DNA of 64,000 nt from Parasitella parasitica NRRL 2501 (GCA_025201805.1 MU619345.1:31383-95382), one strand, 5' to 3'; numbered from the stretch's first letter, positions 39,030 through 53,342 are shown. Notes: generated by a model from the letters alone, not told the origin. Program-made: numbers and translations.

Positions 39030-40506
39030 ATGAAGTTGTCCAAGTTGTCTAGCTTGCTATTTGTGCCTTTGGCTCTATGTACGACGATACCTAATGCCAA
39101 GAAGGTTGATGCCAATGTAAGGTACCATTACAAATCGCATTTTAAGCAGTAACTGAATAAAGTGATTTATGTAGACTGAAGCTTATATCGAAGCACAATT
39201 CAAAAAGCAAGCCGAGCTCATCACTGTGCTCGCCCTTCAAACAGAATTTGTCAACTTTTTAGGAGATTCCATGAACCTGGCAAACCAAGTGATCGCTGAG
39301 GAGAGCAAGAAGGCCGGTTTAGAGAATGGCCCTCAAGATGTTGGTGACCTCTTGGAGCTTATGTTCCACAAATCTTCTCTCTACAGAGCTCAAGTTGCCA
39401 CCAATGCCACTGCTGTAGAGAACCCGTTCCAAAACTTGATAAACGGTATCGGCGGTGCTATTAACGGAGGAATCAATACCATCGGTGGTGCCATTAATGG
39501 CGTTGGTGGTGCTGTAGGATCAGTTTTGAACGGCGGAAAGAATGCTACTAACGGTACAGTTACTCACACCAACGTTACAAACACTAGCGGCAGCAATCCA
39601 TTGGGTGATCTCCTTGGTAACATTGCCAATGGTGTTGGTGGTGTTGTAAATGGTGTAGGCGGTCTCGTTGGTAACGTTACTAGTGGAGTTTCAAATGGTG
39701 TTGGTGGCCTCGTTGGTAACGTTACTAATGGCATTGGTGGTGCTCTTGGTAACATTACAACTGGTGTTGGTGGAGCTCTTGGCAACCTTACTCATGTCAT
39801 CACAGACAATGGACTTGGTAGTGGCCTCGGTGGTCTCATTGGTTCCATCACAAACACTACTGGTAATATATTAGGTGGTTTAACAAATGGTATCGTCAAC
39901 AATGATGTCTTGAAATCGATCACCAGTTTTGCCGGTACTGCTCTTGGTGGGCTTCTCAATGGATCCCTATCTGTTGGTGATATTATTTCCAACTTTGTTG
40001 AACAAATTAATAAGTTTGCAGGCGGTGAAAACCCTCTTGGAAAGTTTATCCAAAGTCTTGCTGTATATTTGTCGAATAATCAAGATGGTCTCATCGCAAA
40101 CTTGATCAAAACATCAACTTTCATTCATGCTATTTCCAACACTGCTATAAACATTGCCAAGGCTATCGTTGGAAATGTTTCTGAAGGTATCAAGACAGCT
40201 ATTTTCAAGGCTGTTTCAGGCATTGTTGGAAAGATCTTTGGCGGCGGTCTGTTTGGCCTTCACCGTCTCCAAAACATGAGCTCAGAAGAAGTAGCAACCC
40301 TCCAAAATGTCTTTGTTGATGCTGTTCGTGCTCAGAGCCCTATTGGTGCAAGTTACATCCAGCAAATCTTTGATATTGTTGGTGAAGTTGTCAAAAAAAT
40401 GTTTGTTGCCGATCCAAATTTCCTTTCTTTCTTGACAAATCCTTCAGAGGAAAACCTTCGCAAGGCATTCACAACCTTTTACAAAACTGTTACGGAACAC
40501 ACTTAG
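39030..40506 (+). CDS. Secreted Gly/Asn-rich repeat protein of unknown family, 2 exons
   Basis: Signal peptide MKLSKLSSLLFVPLALC; intron 39117-39174 joins the 39226 ORF in frame; GGLVGNVT-type repeats; many NxT/S sequons. Confidence 0.85.
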
Positions 40507-41735
40507 ATTTTGCGTTGGTTTCAACTATATAAATATCCCCTTCGATCATGCCTAATTATTAAATAATGGAAGAAATAAATTATTCCTCAACTTGCAATCA
40601 GAAAGTCCATCACAATTACTTTGATAGTTTTTTTTTGTGTGCTTCAAATTGCTCCTTGAAGGATGAGTAAATGGCATGTAACTTTTATTAAATGATTCAA
40701 TGAAGAGTCGTATGATTTTCCCCTACGTTGGTTGTTATTCGAACCATATAGTTACAAAAATGAAATCAGATTTAGCAATGCAAAGTATAATCCAACGCGA
40801 ACCCAATCCTTAAAGTATTTGCTTAATTCTACTTGGTCTTTTGTGGAGGCTGAACACCTGTACTTTTTTACATTGAATCAGAATACTCGATAATATTTAA
40901 ATTTTTGGCCCTATCAAATGCATAAAATGATTCACTTCAGAACTATTGAGATGAACCTCTTTTTAAGCCAGATCCTAGTGCATAATTGGACCATTTTTCA
41001 AATGTAATCATTGTGTACAGTATAAAAATCGTTTTAGATGGTTTAGTGTTGTGTTAGTGGCGACGAGTCAAAGGGTTTATAGCTTTCAGTTTTTGACGGT
41101 ATACGCTTCAAAAATGTCCGTAAAACTTCTCTCTATTTCAAGACTTTTCAGACCTGATGAAAGCTAGTATACTGCATTAGAGAACCTTTTTTTTTAAAAG
41201 GATATTGTGATTTGCTAGATACTCTTTCGCTGTAAAGTAGGGACGCCATTTATTGAAACTGTGGATATAATATCCATATTTCATACATCGATCATCAGTT
41301 CATGCTATATTTGAATCATGAGTGTACTACTCAATAGATATTATCAAATGTGTACATAGTCGGAAGAATAGAATAACCAACATATAAGATAAGAAATGAA
41401 TCTTAACAAATCACAATACATGCAAGTCAATGTATAATATAGCCTGATATTTTGATCAAAGATCTTAATCCAATAGTGAGGCTACATGAATAGATAGAAT
41501 ATTCTTTGAAGATTGATAATGATTGAGATGTGATAGTCGAAACTATATAAAGAGGGCATCAATCTGTAATGATTAGAGTTCTCCAGTCTGAACTAAATAA
41601 TAAATCTATACGTTATCTAGTTGACTTATCTTGTTTTTTTATACTTTTTTTTCTGTGAATATCCTTACATCAAGCATATTCCACAGAAACAAACAATCTG
41701 ATGACACATGCCAGTGTGTAAATGGTATTCCCTGT

Positions 41736-43234
41736 TTACCATCCCCTGACTGGGACCCAAACATCAACTACAACATCACTTCTACCCTCAACCACCAAGT
41801 AATACAAATGGCAAGCAGCAGCCAGACAACAATGATTGGGGATAACACGGACAAGCCCTCCAATCTGCAATTCTGGCCTGGAGAGAGTAGATTCATTCAA
41901 ATGCTGCAGAATGCCATGCTCTTGTGATACTTTTGTCAAGGAAGCCAATATCTCTACCTCGCTCTTGACAGCGGGATCAATGACATAGCCATACCCGCCT
42001 TGCGGTGCTGTGTCTTTTGAAAAAGCTAACGCACCACCATCAATGAGCACGCTAGCTCTCTCCGTGTATACACTGGCAATACGACAAGCAACAGAAATGG
42101 CTACATCGTGATAGGTTCCCAGCCCAGTAGCTACTTGTTGTCTGTCAAGGAAGGCAAACGCGCCGGCATGCACTTCATCAATGTCTCGTAGAATGTGGTC
42201 CATGTCATGCGTCTCCATGAAAGCTGTGATGGCTTTGACAGTAGGGGTAGCCCCTATGGAAACATAGTTGATGGGGATGCCATTGCTGACAAAGTAGTCT
42301 CTGAATTGACGCGCAATATCGCATTCATTTTTCAGGTACTCCAGAGCTTCTTTGGCGCTTTGAGAAGAGTAGGATTGACCAGCATGTGTGTATATACCAG
42401 TGAATTCAACATTGGGCGATTCTGCAAGGCGCTTTGCAAGAATAAGTGTTTTTTCATTGTTAATAGGGACGCCAGCGCGTCTGTTTTCAAGATGGATTAG
42501 TAACCGTAGACACGAAAATATAGTACTTGTTTACCCGTAGCCGCAATCCACCTTCAAAAATGCATTAATCTTCTTCTGGGAGCCTGTAGATTTACAAAAC
42601 GACTCCAAAGCATCCAATGTAGACAGATTATCTGTATTGTAGAGTTGTAAATTTTGTGTAAACACTAGCTTTGTGTGTTGCATGTATACCAATGAATATC
42701 TGAAAGACATCAACCTTGCCTAAAAGATCAAAAACATCGCTAAACTTGTCGGGAGTGATGGGAAACCCTAATAACACCTACGCATGTCCTTATTAGTGCT
42801 TTTGCGTGATCTATATACGCAGCAATCGCACCTGTTTCAATAGTCCACTTGAATTCAGATCAGAGTTGATCATTGCAATGGCTTCGGGTAGAGTCGAGAC
42901 AACGATGGCATCAGTTTTAGCATGTTCTAATTGAATACGTGCGCCTTCCACAGACTAGAGCCGTCAGTGAAAAAATAGAGCGATAAATCCTTTTCTGCTG
43001 CCATTTGCATACCTTGTGTGTCTTTACGTGTACTCTAACCCGAGTGTTCTTCAACCCCGTGGATATCTTGCTTAATTTCTGACAGTTTCTCTCGAGAACT
43101 TGTCTGTCGATTACAAGCGCAGGCGTACGAAGCTGATTCAGTCTTTTCCCTACCATTCTCGCGACCAATTTGGCCTTCATTTGAGACCTGTAATCATCAA
43201 ATAGTGATAAAGGGGTTGTTGTTTGGTTTACCAT
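41736..43234 (-). CDS. DSD1: D-serine dehydratase / D-threonine aldolase-like fold-type III PLP enzyme
   Basis: LRTPALVIDR, RVHVKTHK, LKVDCGYG, YTHAGQSY, GATPT, SQEHG, PNHCCLAAAC, PVRGW. Confidence 0.85.
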
Positions 43235-43365
43235 AATCTTGAATGAACTGGGTTTCTGCCAAGATGTAGTGGTAATCCTACACAGCAACATCCGGACATT
43301 AAAACCAGTTCCCATGTCAAAGAAGGACAATCCAGGGCTTTTCTTTTTCTTTTCGTCCCGTAAAA

Positions 43366-46300
43366 ATGCTTCAAATCACAAAAGCGCATCATGTGCGACA
43401 TACAAGCAGACTGTTAGGCAAAGGGCCCAACCAGTGCGGCACTAGATTCCTGACCACCACCGTCAGCGCAAAAGTACCCAAGCCCAAAAAAGACTTTGCA
43501 GCAAGCTACGATGCCAAAGCAGTCGAGGAAGGATGGTACGAGTGGTGGAACTCGCAGGGCTTGTTTAAATCAAGCAGCGCAGACTTTCTCAAAGGCAGCA
43601 GTGGCTCTGAAAGCTCCCAGAAACAGCCATTCACCATGATTACACCACCGCCCAATGTAACCGGCTCATTGCATATTGGTCATGCGTTGACGTTCAGTAT
43701 TCAAGATGCCATTGTGCGCTGGAAACGAATGAACGGATACGATGCCAAATGGATTCCTGGCACTGACCACGCAGGCATTGGAACACAGTCAGTCGTAGAA
43801 AAGATGATTATGAAGGAGCGAGGGTTGACTCGTCATGATATGGGAAGGCCAGCATTTGTAAAAGAGATTTGGAAATGGAAGGAAAAGTACGGAAATCACA
43901 TTTTGCATCAGATGCGACGAATGGGTGCGTCCTTGGATTGGGACAGTGAGTTTTTCACAATGGATAGAGATAGATACGAAGCTGTGGAAAATGCATTTAT
44001 CAGATTATACAACGACGGTTTGATTTATCGTGATACTCGACTTGTAAACTGGTGCTGTGCCTTGGAAACTGTTATATCTGATATTGAGGTGGACTATAAA
44101 GACGTAACTGGAAAAACCTTGATTTCGCTACCTGGTAGATCCAAACCGTAAGTATCTCCAGCCACCACACCCCTTCCAACAGTTGGCATCTGAAACTCAA
44201 ATTTATGCACCAGTGTAGAGTTTGGTGTCTTGCATAACTTTTCCTATAATATCGTTGATCCGGATACAGATGGCATTCAAGAATTGACAGTATCCACTAC
44301 CCGCATTGAAACAATGCTTGGGGACTGTGCTGTTGCCATTCACCCTAAAGACGACAGATACAAGGTAAGAGAAGGACCAGGATTTCGGAGCAAGATGATT
44401 GACACAGTTGCAGAGTTTGCATGGAAAATCAGTGTATCATCCGATTCTTAAGAAGGAAATTCCAATCATCTGCGATGATCAACTAGTCGACATGGAATTC
44501 GGAACTGGTGTGGTCAAGGTACTTTGCACAGCCTGTGTTCTGACATAAGCTTATTCATTGCCGCAGATAACTCCAGCGCATGATCCCAATGATTATGCTT
44601 GTGCCCGCCGTCACCAACTCCCTATAGAAAGTATATTTGACAAATTGGGTAGATTGAACAGTAACTGTGGAATACCAGAGCTAGTTGTAAGATCAAGTAT
44701 CAGATCGATTCTATTTTGCATATTAACCTCCAATTGATTCAGGGACATGATCGGTTTGAAGTGCGGGACACTATCATCAGTAAACTCAGTGAACTGGGCA
44801 GTTATAAAGGCAGAAATGATAAGCACGTTATGCGCATCGCTGTCTGCTCCAGATCAGGCGATGTGATTGAACCATTACTGCAGCCACAATGGTAGTTTAC
44901 ATAAACCGTTCATACTCTATGTGGTTCTCATCTATTCAATTTCAGGTACATTAAATGCAAAGAATTAGCCAACATCTCTAAAAAACAAGTTGAAAACAAC
45001 CAAATGCAAATCGCGCCTGAGCAATTTGCTCAAGATTGGTACAGATGGTTGGGTAAGGACGCCAAGACGTGCTTTTCTGTAAGAGGGAGGGGGCGATATT
45101 AATGCCGTTTTAATAGACAATATACAAGATTGGTGCATTTCTCGGCAATTGTGGTGGGGCCATGAAATTCCAGCCTATCAAGTCAAAATCAATGGCAATC
45201 CTCATCACGATCAAGGTAACTCAAAAGTCCTATTTGTAGTATTTTTACTTATACGGGCCGAAACGGGCCTTTTTTTTCCACGTAGGTGAATTATGGGTAG
45301 TAGGGTCTGACAAATCAAAGGCAAACTTACAGGCTGTGGAACTTTTAAAAAAGGAGGGATATCCACAGAATACCACGTTTGAACTCATCAAGGTATATTT
45401 AAGGCTATTTGCCATTAGAGTTACATGCTTATATTAGTAATTAGGATGATGATGTACTAGATACCTGGTTTTCTTCTGGTTTATTGCCACTATCTGCCCT
45501 GGGATGGAGAGGCAGGCAAGACGAATCAATTCCAGCAAGTATCGCGATCTTCATGATTTGGGATATGGAGCACTAAACAGTTATTAATAGAGTCGCTACC
45601 CAATTCAGGTGATGGAAACCGGGTCTGATATCTTGTTTTTCTGGGTTGCGCGGATGGCCATGTTGGCGAATCATTTTGCAGATCATAAAGTGCCATTTGA
45701 GACAATATTTTTGCATGGCATGGTAACAAAAAAAAAAAAAAAAATAGAATGGGGATAATGTATCTCGTATAATACTTATAAAATCGCATACAGGTTCGTG
45801 ACGCACAAGGCCGTAAAATGTCGAAATCATTAGGTAATGTCATTGATCCGCTTCATGTGATTGAGGGCATCAGTTTAGAAAAGATGAAGGAGAATATATT
45901 GAACACAAACCTGCCAGAAAAAGAAATCGGAACGTGCGTGATATTAAAGTTTAATTATTACAATATCAAAATAACTGACAACGATTATAGAAGTACTCGT
46001 AATCTTGAGCAAGAATTTCCAAACGGAATCCCGCCCTGTGGAACAGACTCGTTGAGATTTGCACTCGTCCAGTACACACAGCAATCGAGACAAATCAATT
46101 TAGACATATCCAATGTGATACAAGCATCGTATTTCTGCAACAAGCTTTGGAACCTGTTCAAATTTGGGCTGCCTCGCTTACAGGATCCGGCATTGGATTT
46201 GACACTCGACATTGATCTCAAAAGCACTTCGCTGGTGAATCGATTCATCTTGTCTCGAATGGCAAATACGATTGATATCTGCCAGAAAGGATTTGAAACA

Positions 46301-47497
46301 AGCCGCTTGTTTGAGTCAACAGATGCTTTAAGAAGGTTTATCGTGGAAGATGTATGCGATGTCTATGTTGAGTTTTCCAAATCAGCATTGAATAGATCAG
46401 ATTTAGATCAACGAGAAAAGGTAATAAGCGCCGAGATGCGGAGGTTCAACCAAAAAAAAAAAAAGAAAAAAAAAGCTAACTGTAACAGAACTCGACGCTG
46501 CGGATTTTGCATGCATGTATGGACATCTCGCTCCGTTTGGCACACCCATTTATGCCTTTTGTGACAGAGGTAAGGACTGAAACGTGCATAAACAAATAAG
46601 CCGACATTAATGTGATTCAATGTGAATGGCAGGAGCTGTATCAGCACATGAAAGCCACACTAGGCAATGCTCCAAATGTTCCTTCTTTGATGGTGGAATC
46701 ATGGCCGAATCAGAACCAATTTTCTTTGTTCCATGATAATCAAGTCGAGGACCACTTTAAAGTAAATATAACTAATATGGCTATTTTGGTAGGAATTTCC
46801 TTTTTTAAACCATTCGATGATAGGTTATTTTATCCATTATACATGCATCAAGATCATTACGGCAAGGGCATCAGATCAGTGTTGCCAAGGAATTGCCCTT
46901 TACGATCGTTTGCAATGATGATTCTAAACTGAACGAACTGCTTTCATTATATTTGAGCGAAATCAAACATTTTGTCAAGGCTTCTGATATACGCGTTCAA
47001 GTAAAAAGCACAAATAACAACAAAAAGTATAATCCAGTCATTATTAAACGCATCTTTGTTGCTAGGCAACCTCATCTCAGATGAACGATACGCAATGGAC
47101 TACAAAAGTAATCAATGACAAGCTCAAGATCCTTGTGCCAAGTGCCAATGTCATGAAGGCCCAGCTGGAGGGTGCCGCAGCAAAGGGAATAGAGCTTGAT
47201 ACGGTCATGCAAAACAAGCATGCACAACTGTCCAAGAAATTGAGGAAATTAAATCTTGATTTAAACAAACTGGAAGAGAAAATGCGGCAACCAGGCTATT
47301 TCAAGGCAGTTCCTGAAACCGTCAAAGGAAAAAACGAGTGAGTGAAAAAAAAAAATTATTGCAAAAAAATGATGGAATATCTTAATCAATATAACAGGTC
47401 TCGTTTAGTAATGATTCAACTAGAAAAAATCACCGTGCAAAACGACATTGATCTGTTGAACTCGATTATTATGCAGCAAAGAGAAAAAAAATTATGA
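43366..47497 (+). CDS. Valyl-tRNA synthetase with mitochondrial-type presequence, many introns
   Basis: [68 protein letters not shown]. Confidence 0.95.
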
Positions 47498-47832
47498 CGC
47501 AAAATGGAATAAAATCAATCGCATGGAAAATGTTTATATTGTCTTTTTCGTTTTTGAGTCAAAATCCAAAGTGGAGAAGGTGCCGAATTTATTGGGTTTG
47601 AACTCAAAAAATAGAAACATTGAAAGAGTGGAAGTTTCCTTTCTGTCCCATAGGTGAGCACCATTGGCACGGATCCAGCGGTTGTACTATTCCGCCGAAT
47701 ATTTTTGCTATTGTGTGTGCTACATTTGTTTGCACGACAGATCGTAGAACTATAAATACGCTGTGATTTATCAACCAAAAGAATTCTCTTTTTCCTACAT
47801 ATTTTTTTTTCTTTATATATATAATTCAAAGA

Positions 47833-50800
47833 ATGACAGATCAAAACATATCGTCGAGGTCGTCCTCGACAAGTCAAACAGTGCGCACAACAGAAAAGCG
47901 AAACAGTAACAATTCAACACATAGCGCCCCTTCAGGTCCTGGTAACGATGAAAAGTTATTGCTGGAGGAAATTGCAGCTATTCCCGTACAACAAATAGAA
48001 TCCGTCCACACGGACGATAAGGGCAAAAAGAAGAAAGAAAAGAAAGAGAAACAGCCTGCGGTTGCAATGTATAAACTATTTAGATTTGCTACAAAAGTTG
48101 AAATTATGATGATCCTCTGTGCCTGTGTGATTTCAGCTGGTATTGGTGCAATGCAACCCGTGTCCATCATTATTTTCGGTCAATTTATGGGAACAATTGG
48201 CTCTGCCATGGCTACTCAGGATTACGAAAGATTGGCCAGTGATTCATATCCTTTGATTTTGACTTTTGTCTATATGGGTACTGGCGTGCTTGTGGGTGCT
48301 TACATTACAAATTGTTTCTGGGTCCTTACTGGCGAAAACCAAGTGCGTCGTATTCGTGCCCTCTATGTGCATGCTATTCTTCGTCAAGAGATGGGCTGGT
48401 TTGATAAAGCTGATGAAGGCTCTCTGACCACTAGATTGGCTACTGACACGCAATTGATCCAAGATGGCATTAGCGAAAAGTTTGGTTTGTTGGTCATGTG
48501 CATTGGCCAATTTGTCACTGGTTTTGTCGTTGCCTTTGTCAAGGGCTGGAGATTAGCCGGTAAGCTACTAGCTGGTATTGTGTCATAAAATGGTTTTACT
48601 CATAAAAAAAAAAAAAATTAGTTGTCATGCTTGCTACTCTTCCATTGATGGCTGGTGCCGGTGGAGCCATGGGCTATTATATCACCAAATATACTCTCAA
48701 AACTCAGGATTCCTATGCAGATGCTGGTTCCGTTGCTGAACAAGTCTTTGCTGGCATCCGTACTGTCTATTCTTTTTCCCTCCAAAAGAGATTTGCAGAC
48801 CTCTATGAAACCCGACTTGAGAAAGCCATGAAGACTGGTATTAAGCGTGGCCAAATCCTTGGCTTTGGTTTCGGTACATTCATGTTTATCCTTTTTGCTA
48901 CCTATGGTCTTTCCTTCTGGTACGGTTCCAAGCTGACTCGTGATGGACTTATGGCTGGTGAAGATGTCCTTGTCGTCTTTTTCGCCATGATTATGGGTGC
49001 TATCGCTCTTTTGCAACTGCCTCCTAATTTATCCGCTGTGTCCAGTGCCTGTGGTGCAGCTTACAAAATTTACAACACTATTGATCGCGTGCCTTCTATC
49101 GACGTTGATATCAAAGATGGTCATGCCCCTGAAAAATTCGTTGGTGAAATCGAATTCAAGGATGTCAGATTTAGTTACCCTACCCGCCCTGATATCACCA
49201 TTTTGAAGAAGCTCAATCTAAAGATAAAACCTGGTATGACTGTAGCCTTTGTTGGTCCCTCTGGCTCTGGCAAGTCGACTAGCGTTCAGCTTTTGCAGCG
49301 TTTTTATGACCCCTTGGAAGGCTCTGTTCTTGTTGATGGCAAAGACCTTAAAGATTATAATGTCGCATGGCTTCGCAGTCAAATCGGTGTTGTCAGCCAG
49401 GAACCAGTGCTTTTCAATATGACAATCAAGCAAAATCTACTGATGGGTGTTACTAAAGAAATCACCAACGACGAAATTGTCGCTGCGTGCAAAAAGTCCA
49501 ACTGCCATACCTTCATTTCTGAACTTCCTGATGGCTACGAAACATTGGTTGGTGAACACGGTGGTATGTTGTCTGGTGGTCAAAAGCAAAGAATTGCTAT
49601 TGCTCGTGCTATTCTCAAGAACCCTTCTATTCTATTGTTGGATGAGGTAAGAGAATAAAAGCATTCTCGAGTGTGGAACTGTTTTTTTTTAACTAATTCC
49701 CTTGTTTCAGGCTACTTCTGCTTTGGACACCCAATCAGAACGTTTGGTTCAGGCTGCATTAGATGCTGCTGCTGCTGATCGTACTACTATTGTCATTGCC
49801 CATCGCCTTTCCACTATCAGAAATGCCGATCTTATTGTTGTCATGCAAGCTGGTGATTTAATTGAACAAGGCAACCACCATGATCTCGTAGAGCTGAACG
49901 GCGTTTACGCTGATTTGGTTAGAAAGCAAGAAATCGCCACCAGACAAGTCGGCGATGCTGTTGAAGAAGTTGATTCCGAAGAGCTGCTGAAGCGTGAACA
50001 ATTGGAACTGATTGCCGATAAGCAGCGCGCTGATGAAACCGTTGTCAATGAAAAGGATACGACTGTCAACTTGTTCAAGACCACTAGCAGTGCCTCTGTT
50101 GATGCCTACGAACTAAAGCTCCGTAAAGAAAGAGACGAACGCAAGGTTGCCATGAAGCAAAAGGTCCCTCTTAAAAAGGTTTTGCTGCAAATGCGTCCTG
50201 AGTGGTCCATGCTGGGCGTTGGTATCGTTGGTGCTGCCATTGCTGGTGCTGTATTCCCTTGCTTTGCTCTCATCTTTGCTCAAGTCATTTCACAACTCGT
50301 CAAGCCTAACCTTGCTGCTCCTGGACCTATGGACGGTACTAATCTTTACTCGTTCTTGTTTGTCATTATTGGCATTGCCGCTTTCGTTGGTTTTACTACC
50401 CAAGTTGTCTCTTTTGAAGTTGCCGGTGAGCGCTATACTAAGCGTCTCCGTGCTGATATTTTCCGTGCTTTCATGAGACAAGAAGTGGGCTTTTTCGACG
50501 ATGAGGATAATTCTCTTGGTGCTCTTACTTCTAAGCTCGCTATTGATTCCAAGAATGTTAATGAATTGGTTACAAAGACCTGGGGTGATATCACACAGAT
50601 CATTGTTACCGCCGTCACTGGTTTAGCCATTGCTTTCTCTCAAAGTTGGATGCTGACCCTGATCATTCTTTGTATGGCGCCTTTCATTGCATTCGCTACC
50701 TTTTACGAGTCCAAGATCCACCGTGGGTTTGAAGATAGCACAAAGAAGGCCAACGAACAGAGTGGTGAAGTTGCTGGTGAAGCCATCAAAGAAATTCGTA

Positions 50801-51939
50801 CTGTCGCAGGACTCAACAAACAAGCCCACTTTGAAAAAAAGTACTACAATGCTACCGAACGCCCCCACAGACTCGCTCAGCGCAAGGCTTATTTGTCCTC
50901 TATCGGTTACGCTCTCCAACAAGGTATCACCCTCTATACTAACGCTGTCGCCTTTTATGCTGGTGTTCAACTGATGTGGCATCACAATCTTCCTTTTGAC
51001 AAGATGTTTACTTGTATGATGTCTATCATGATCACTGCTCAAGGTGTTGGCCGTGCGTCAGTGTTCACCACCACTTATGCCAAGGCCAAGTACTCTTCTA
51101 TTGCCGCATTCGAAATCCTTGAACGCGAGCCTCTTATTGATCCCGAACTCGAAGGCATAGAACCTACTCGCGAGCAAGTCCGTGGCGAAATCGACTTTCA
51201 AGATATCACTTTCCGTTATCCTGCACGTCCTGATGTCTCTATCTTTAACGGCGAGTTTAATCTTCACGGTAAATCTGGCCAAACAATCGCACTTGTTGGT
51301 CCCTCTGGTTGTGGTAAATCTACTACTATTGGTATGCTCCAAAGATGGTATGACCCTGCTACTGGTACAGTTCGTCTCGATGATAACAATGTCAAAAACT
51401 ACTCTCTTGGTAATCTCCGTAGCCACATGGCTCTCGTCAGTCAAGAACCTGTCTTGTTTGACATGACCATTGGTGAAAACATTCGATTTGGCGTTGATGA
51501 TGGTAAAAGCATTACTCAGGAAGACGTTGAAAATGCTTGTAAGGCTGCCAACATCCACAACTTTATTGCTTCTTTGCCCAAGGGATACGACACTAGAGTA
51601 GGAGACAAGGCAAGCCAACTTTCCGGTGGCCAGAAACAGAGAGTCGCTATCGCTCGTGCACTTATTCGCAAGCCTAAAGTGTTGCTCTTGGATGAAGCTA
51701 CCTCTGCTCTTGATAGCGAAAGTGAGAAGCTTGTACAAGGCGCTATTGACAACATTCTGGAAGAAGGTGGTCGTACAACGATCACTATTGCCCATCGTCT
51801 CTCTACCATTCAAAACGCTGATGTTATTTGTGTTGTCAAGAATGGCCGTGTTATCGAACAAGGTACTCATTGGGAGCTTTTGGATATCAAAGGTGTTTAC
51901 TACGATTTGGTGCGTCAACAATCACTAAACGCTCATTAA
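47833..51939 (+). CDS. Full-length ABCB (MDR/P-glycoprotein) transporter
   Basis: TMD-NBD-TMD-NBD; GPSGSGKS and GPSGCGKS, LSGGQKQR twice, LLLDE-ATSALD; introns about 48560-48620 and 49647-49710. Confidence 0.96.
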
Positions 51940-53110
51940 TGAACACCGTTATTTTACCATTATACATTTCTAGAACCATATTATCCCTTTGTTTCTTTTT
52001 TTTTCTCCTCTTCTTTTTATACTCGCCCTTATACAGTTCTCTTATTTTCGTTTTAATACCAAATCATGTACACTAGCAAAATAATCTTTTTTTTTATGAA
52101 TATAGCAAATAAAGTGAGCTTTATTATGATACACAATAATGTAAATGTACATAAAGATGAATGAGTATGCAATGGATATAAAGTGAGAAGGGTGGCCCTT
52201 TGTTATAATCTGTGCCGTCGAACTTTTCAAAACGCATCCTTCTACAAACTTTAAAGTAGAATGGATCGTTTTTGTTTTATACATGTAATAAGAAAGAAAT
52301 CCCATATTTGAGGTCAAATCGCGAAAGATTACAAATTGATGACTTTTTCCTTATGAATCTACATGAAAGATGTAGAAAAAAACGACCATTTTTCATCGAT
52401 CATTTTTTTTTTTTTTTTTTTNNNNNNNNNNNNNNNNNNNNNNNNNNNNNNAGAGTGTGCTTCTGAGCTCTTGAATTGGCCATCAAAGGTGTAAAAAAAT
52501 AAGCATTGAGAGCATTTTCTAGCTCGTAATTTGGTAATCAAAGTACTCCATACTCATCCGACAGTACTTTATAGTATTTTTACCAGGATTATAGCTCTTT
52601 TGACGCGAGAAAAAAAAATAGACGTACACCATTTTCCTAGAGCATTTGTACATTCTCGCAAGTTTCGAGTTCATTGCATCCATTTTGGGCTGCTAAATTA
52701 TGGTAGGCTTCTAAAAATTTTAATCGCCAAGGTACACCCTACCCCTTGGCGTTAACTAATCTCAATATGGCTCCCTCGATTGTGTTCGTTGATATTGGAC
52801 ATTAGTTTATAATAGAGGGATTTACGTAAGGTAGCTCTTGTCTAGTTTATGGTGGTTCATGGTAGAACACATTTGATATGGCTAGCTAATAACAACGTAG
52901 ATTGTGGTCCTGTGTTGCTCCGCAGCACTATTCCCAAATACGCAAGCCCATCCATGACTTTTATCTGTTTTCATTTCCATCTTTACTTGCATCCACAGAG
53001 CTGATCACTTTCGTATGAAGGGGACAAGCCATTGCAATATTATATTGCCATACGCTACCATTATCAGTATTGTTTTTTGGCTTTTTCATTTTATTTTTGT
53101 TAAAAGTAAT

Positions 53111-53302
53111 GGGGTCGGCGTCACTTTGCGGGTAGTGTAAGGCAAAGGACACCTGTGGATTCCAAAGATAGCAAGCCAGAGCTCTGGATTCCGGGCGGAA
53201 AAAATTAGATTAACAACGTGAGGGAACATGTCCCTCATTATAGTTGTTAAACTATAAAGAACAGATACTACACTTGATCTTAGCCAAAAGGCCTGAGAGG
53301 AT
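53111..53302 (-). ncRNA. U2: U2 spliceosomal snRNA
   Basis: Reverse complement reads ATCCTCTCAGGCCTTTTGGCTAAGATCAAGTGTAGTATCTGTTCTT (branch-point pairing GTAGTA); stems IIa, IIb and IIc complementarity, U-rich Sm-like site, 3' hairpins; 3' end approximate. Confidence 0.95.
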
Positions 53303-53334
53303 AAAGTGTAATCGCTTTCTGCATTTTGCGACCC

Positions 53335-53342
53335 TTTTTATA
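53335..53342 (-). promoter_or_regulatory. TATA box upstream of U2
   Basis: TATAAAAA about 33 nt upstream of the U2 5' end. Confidence 0.55.

Noticed and set aside
48618-51921. Long antisense ORFs (up to 287 aa) opposite the ABCB gene
   Set aside because: Shadow ORFs from codon bias; no recognisable motifs
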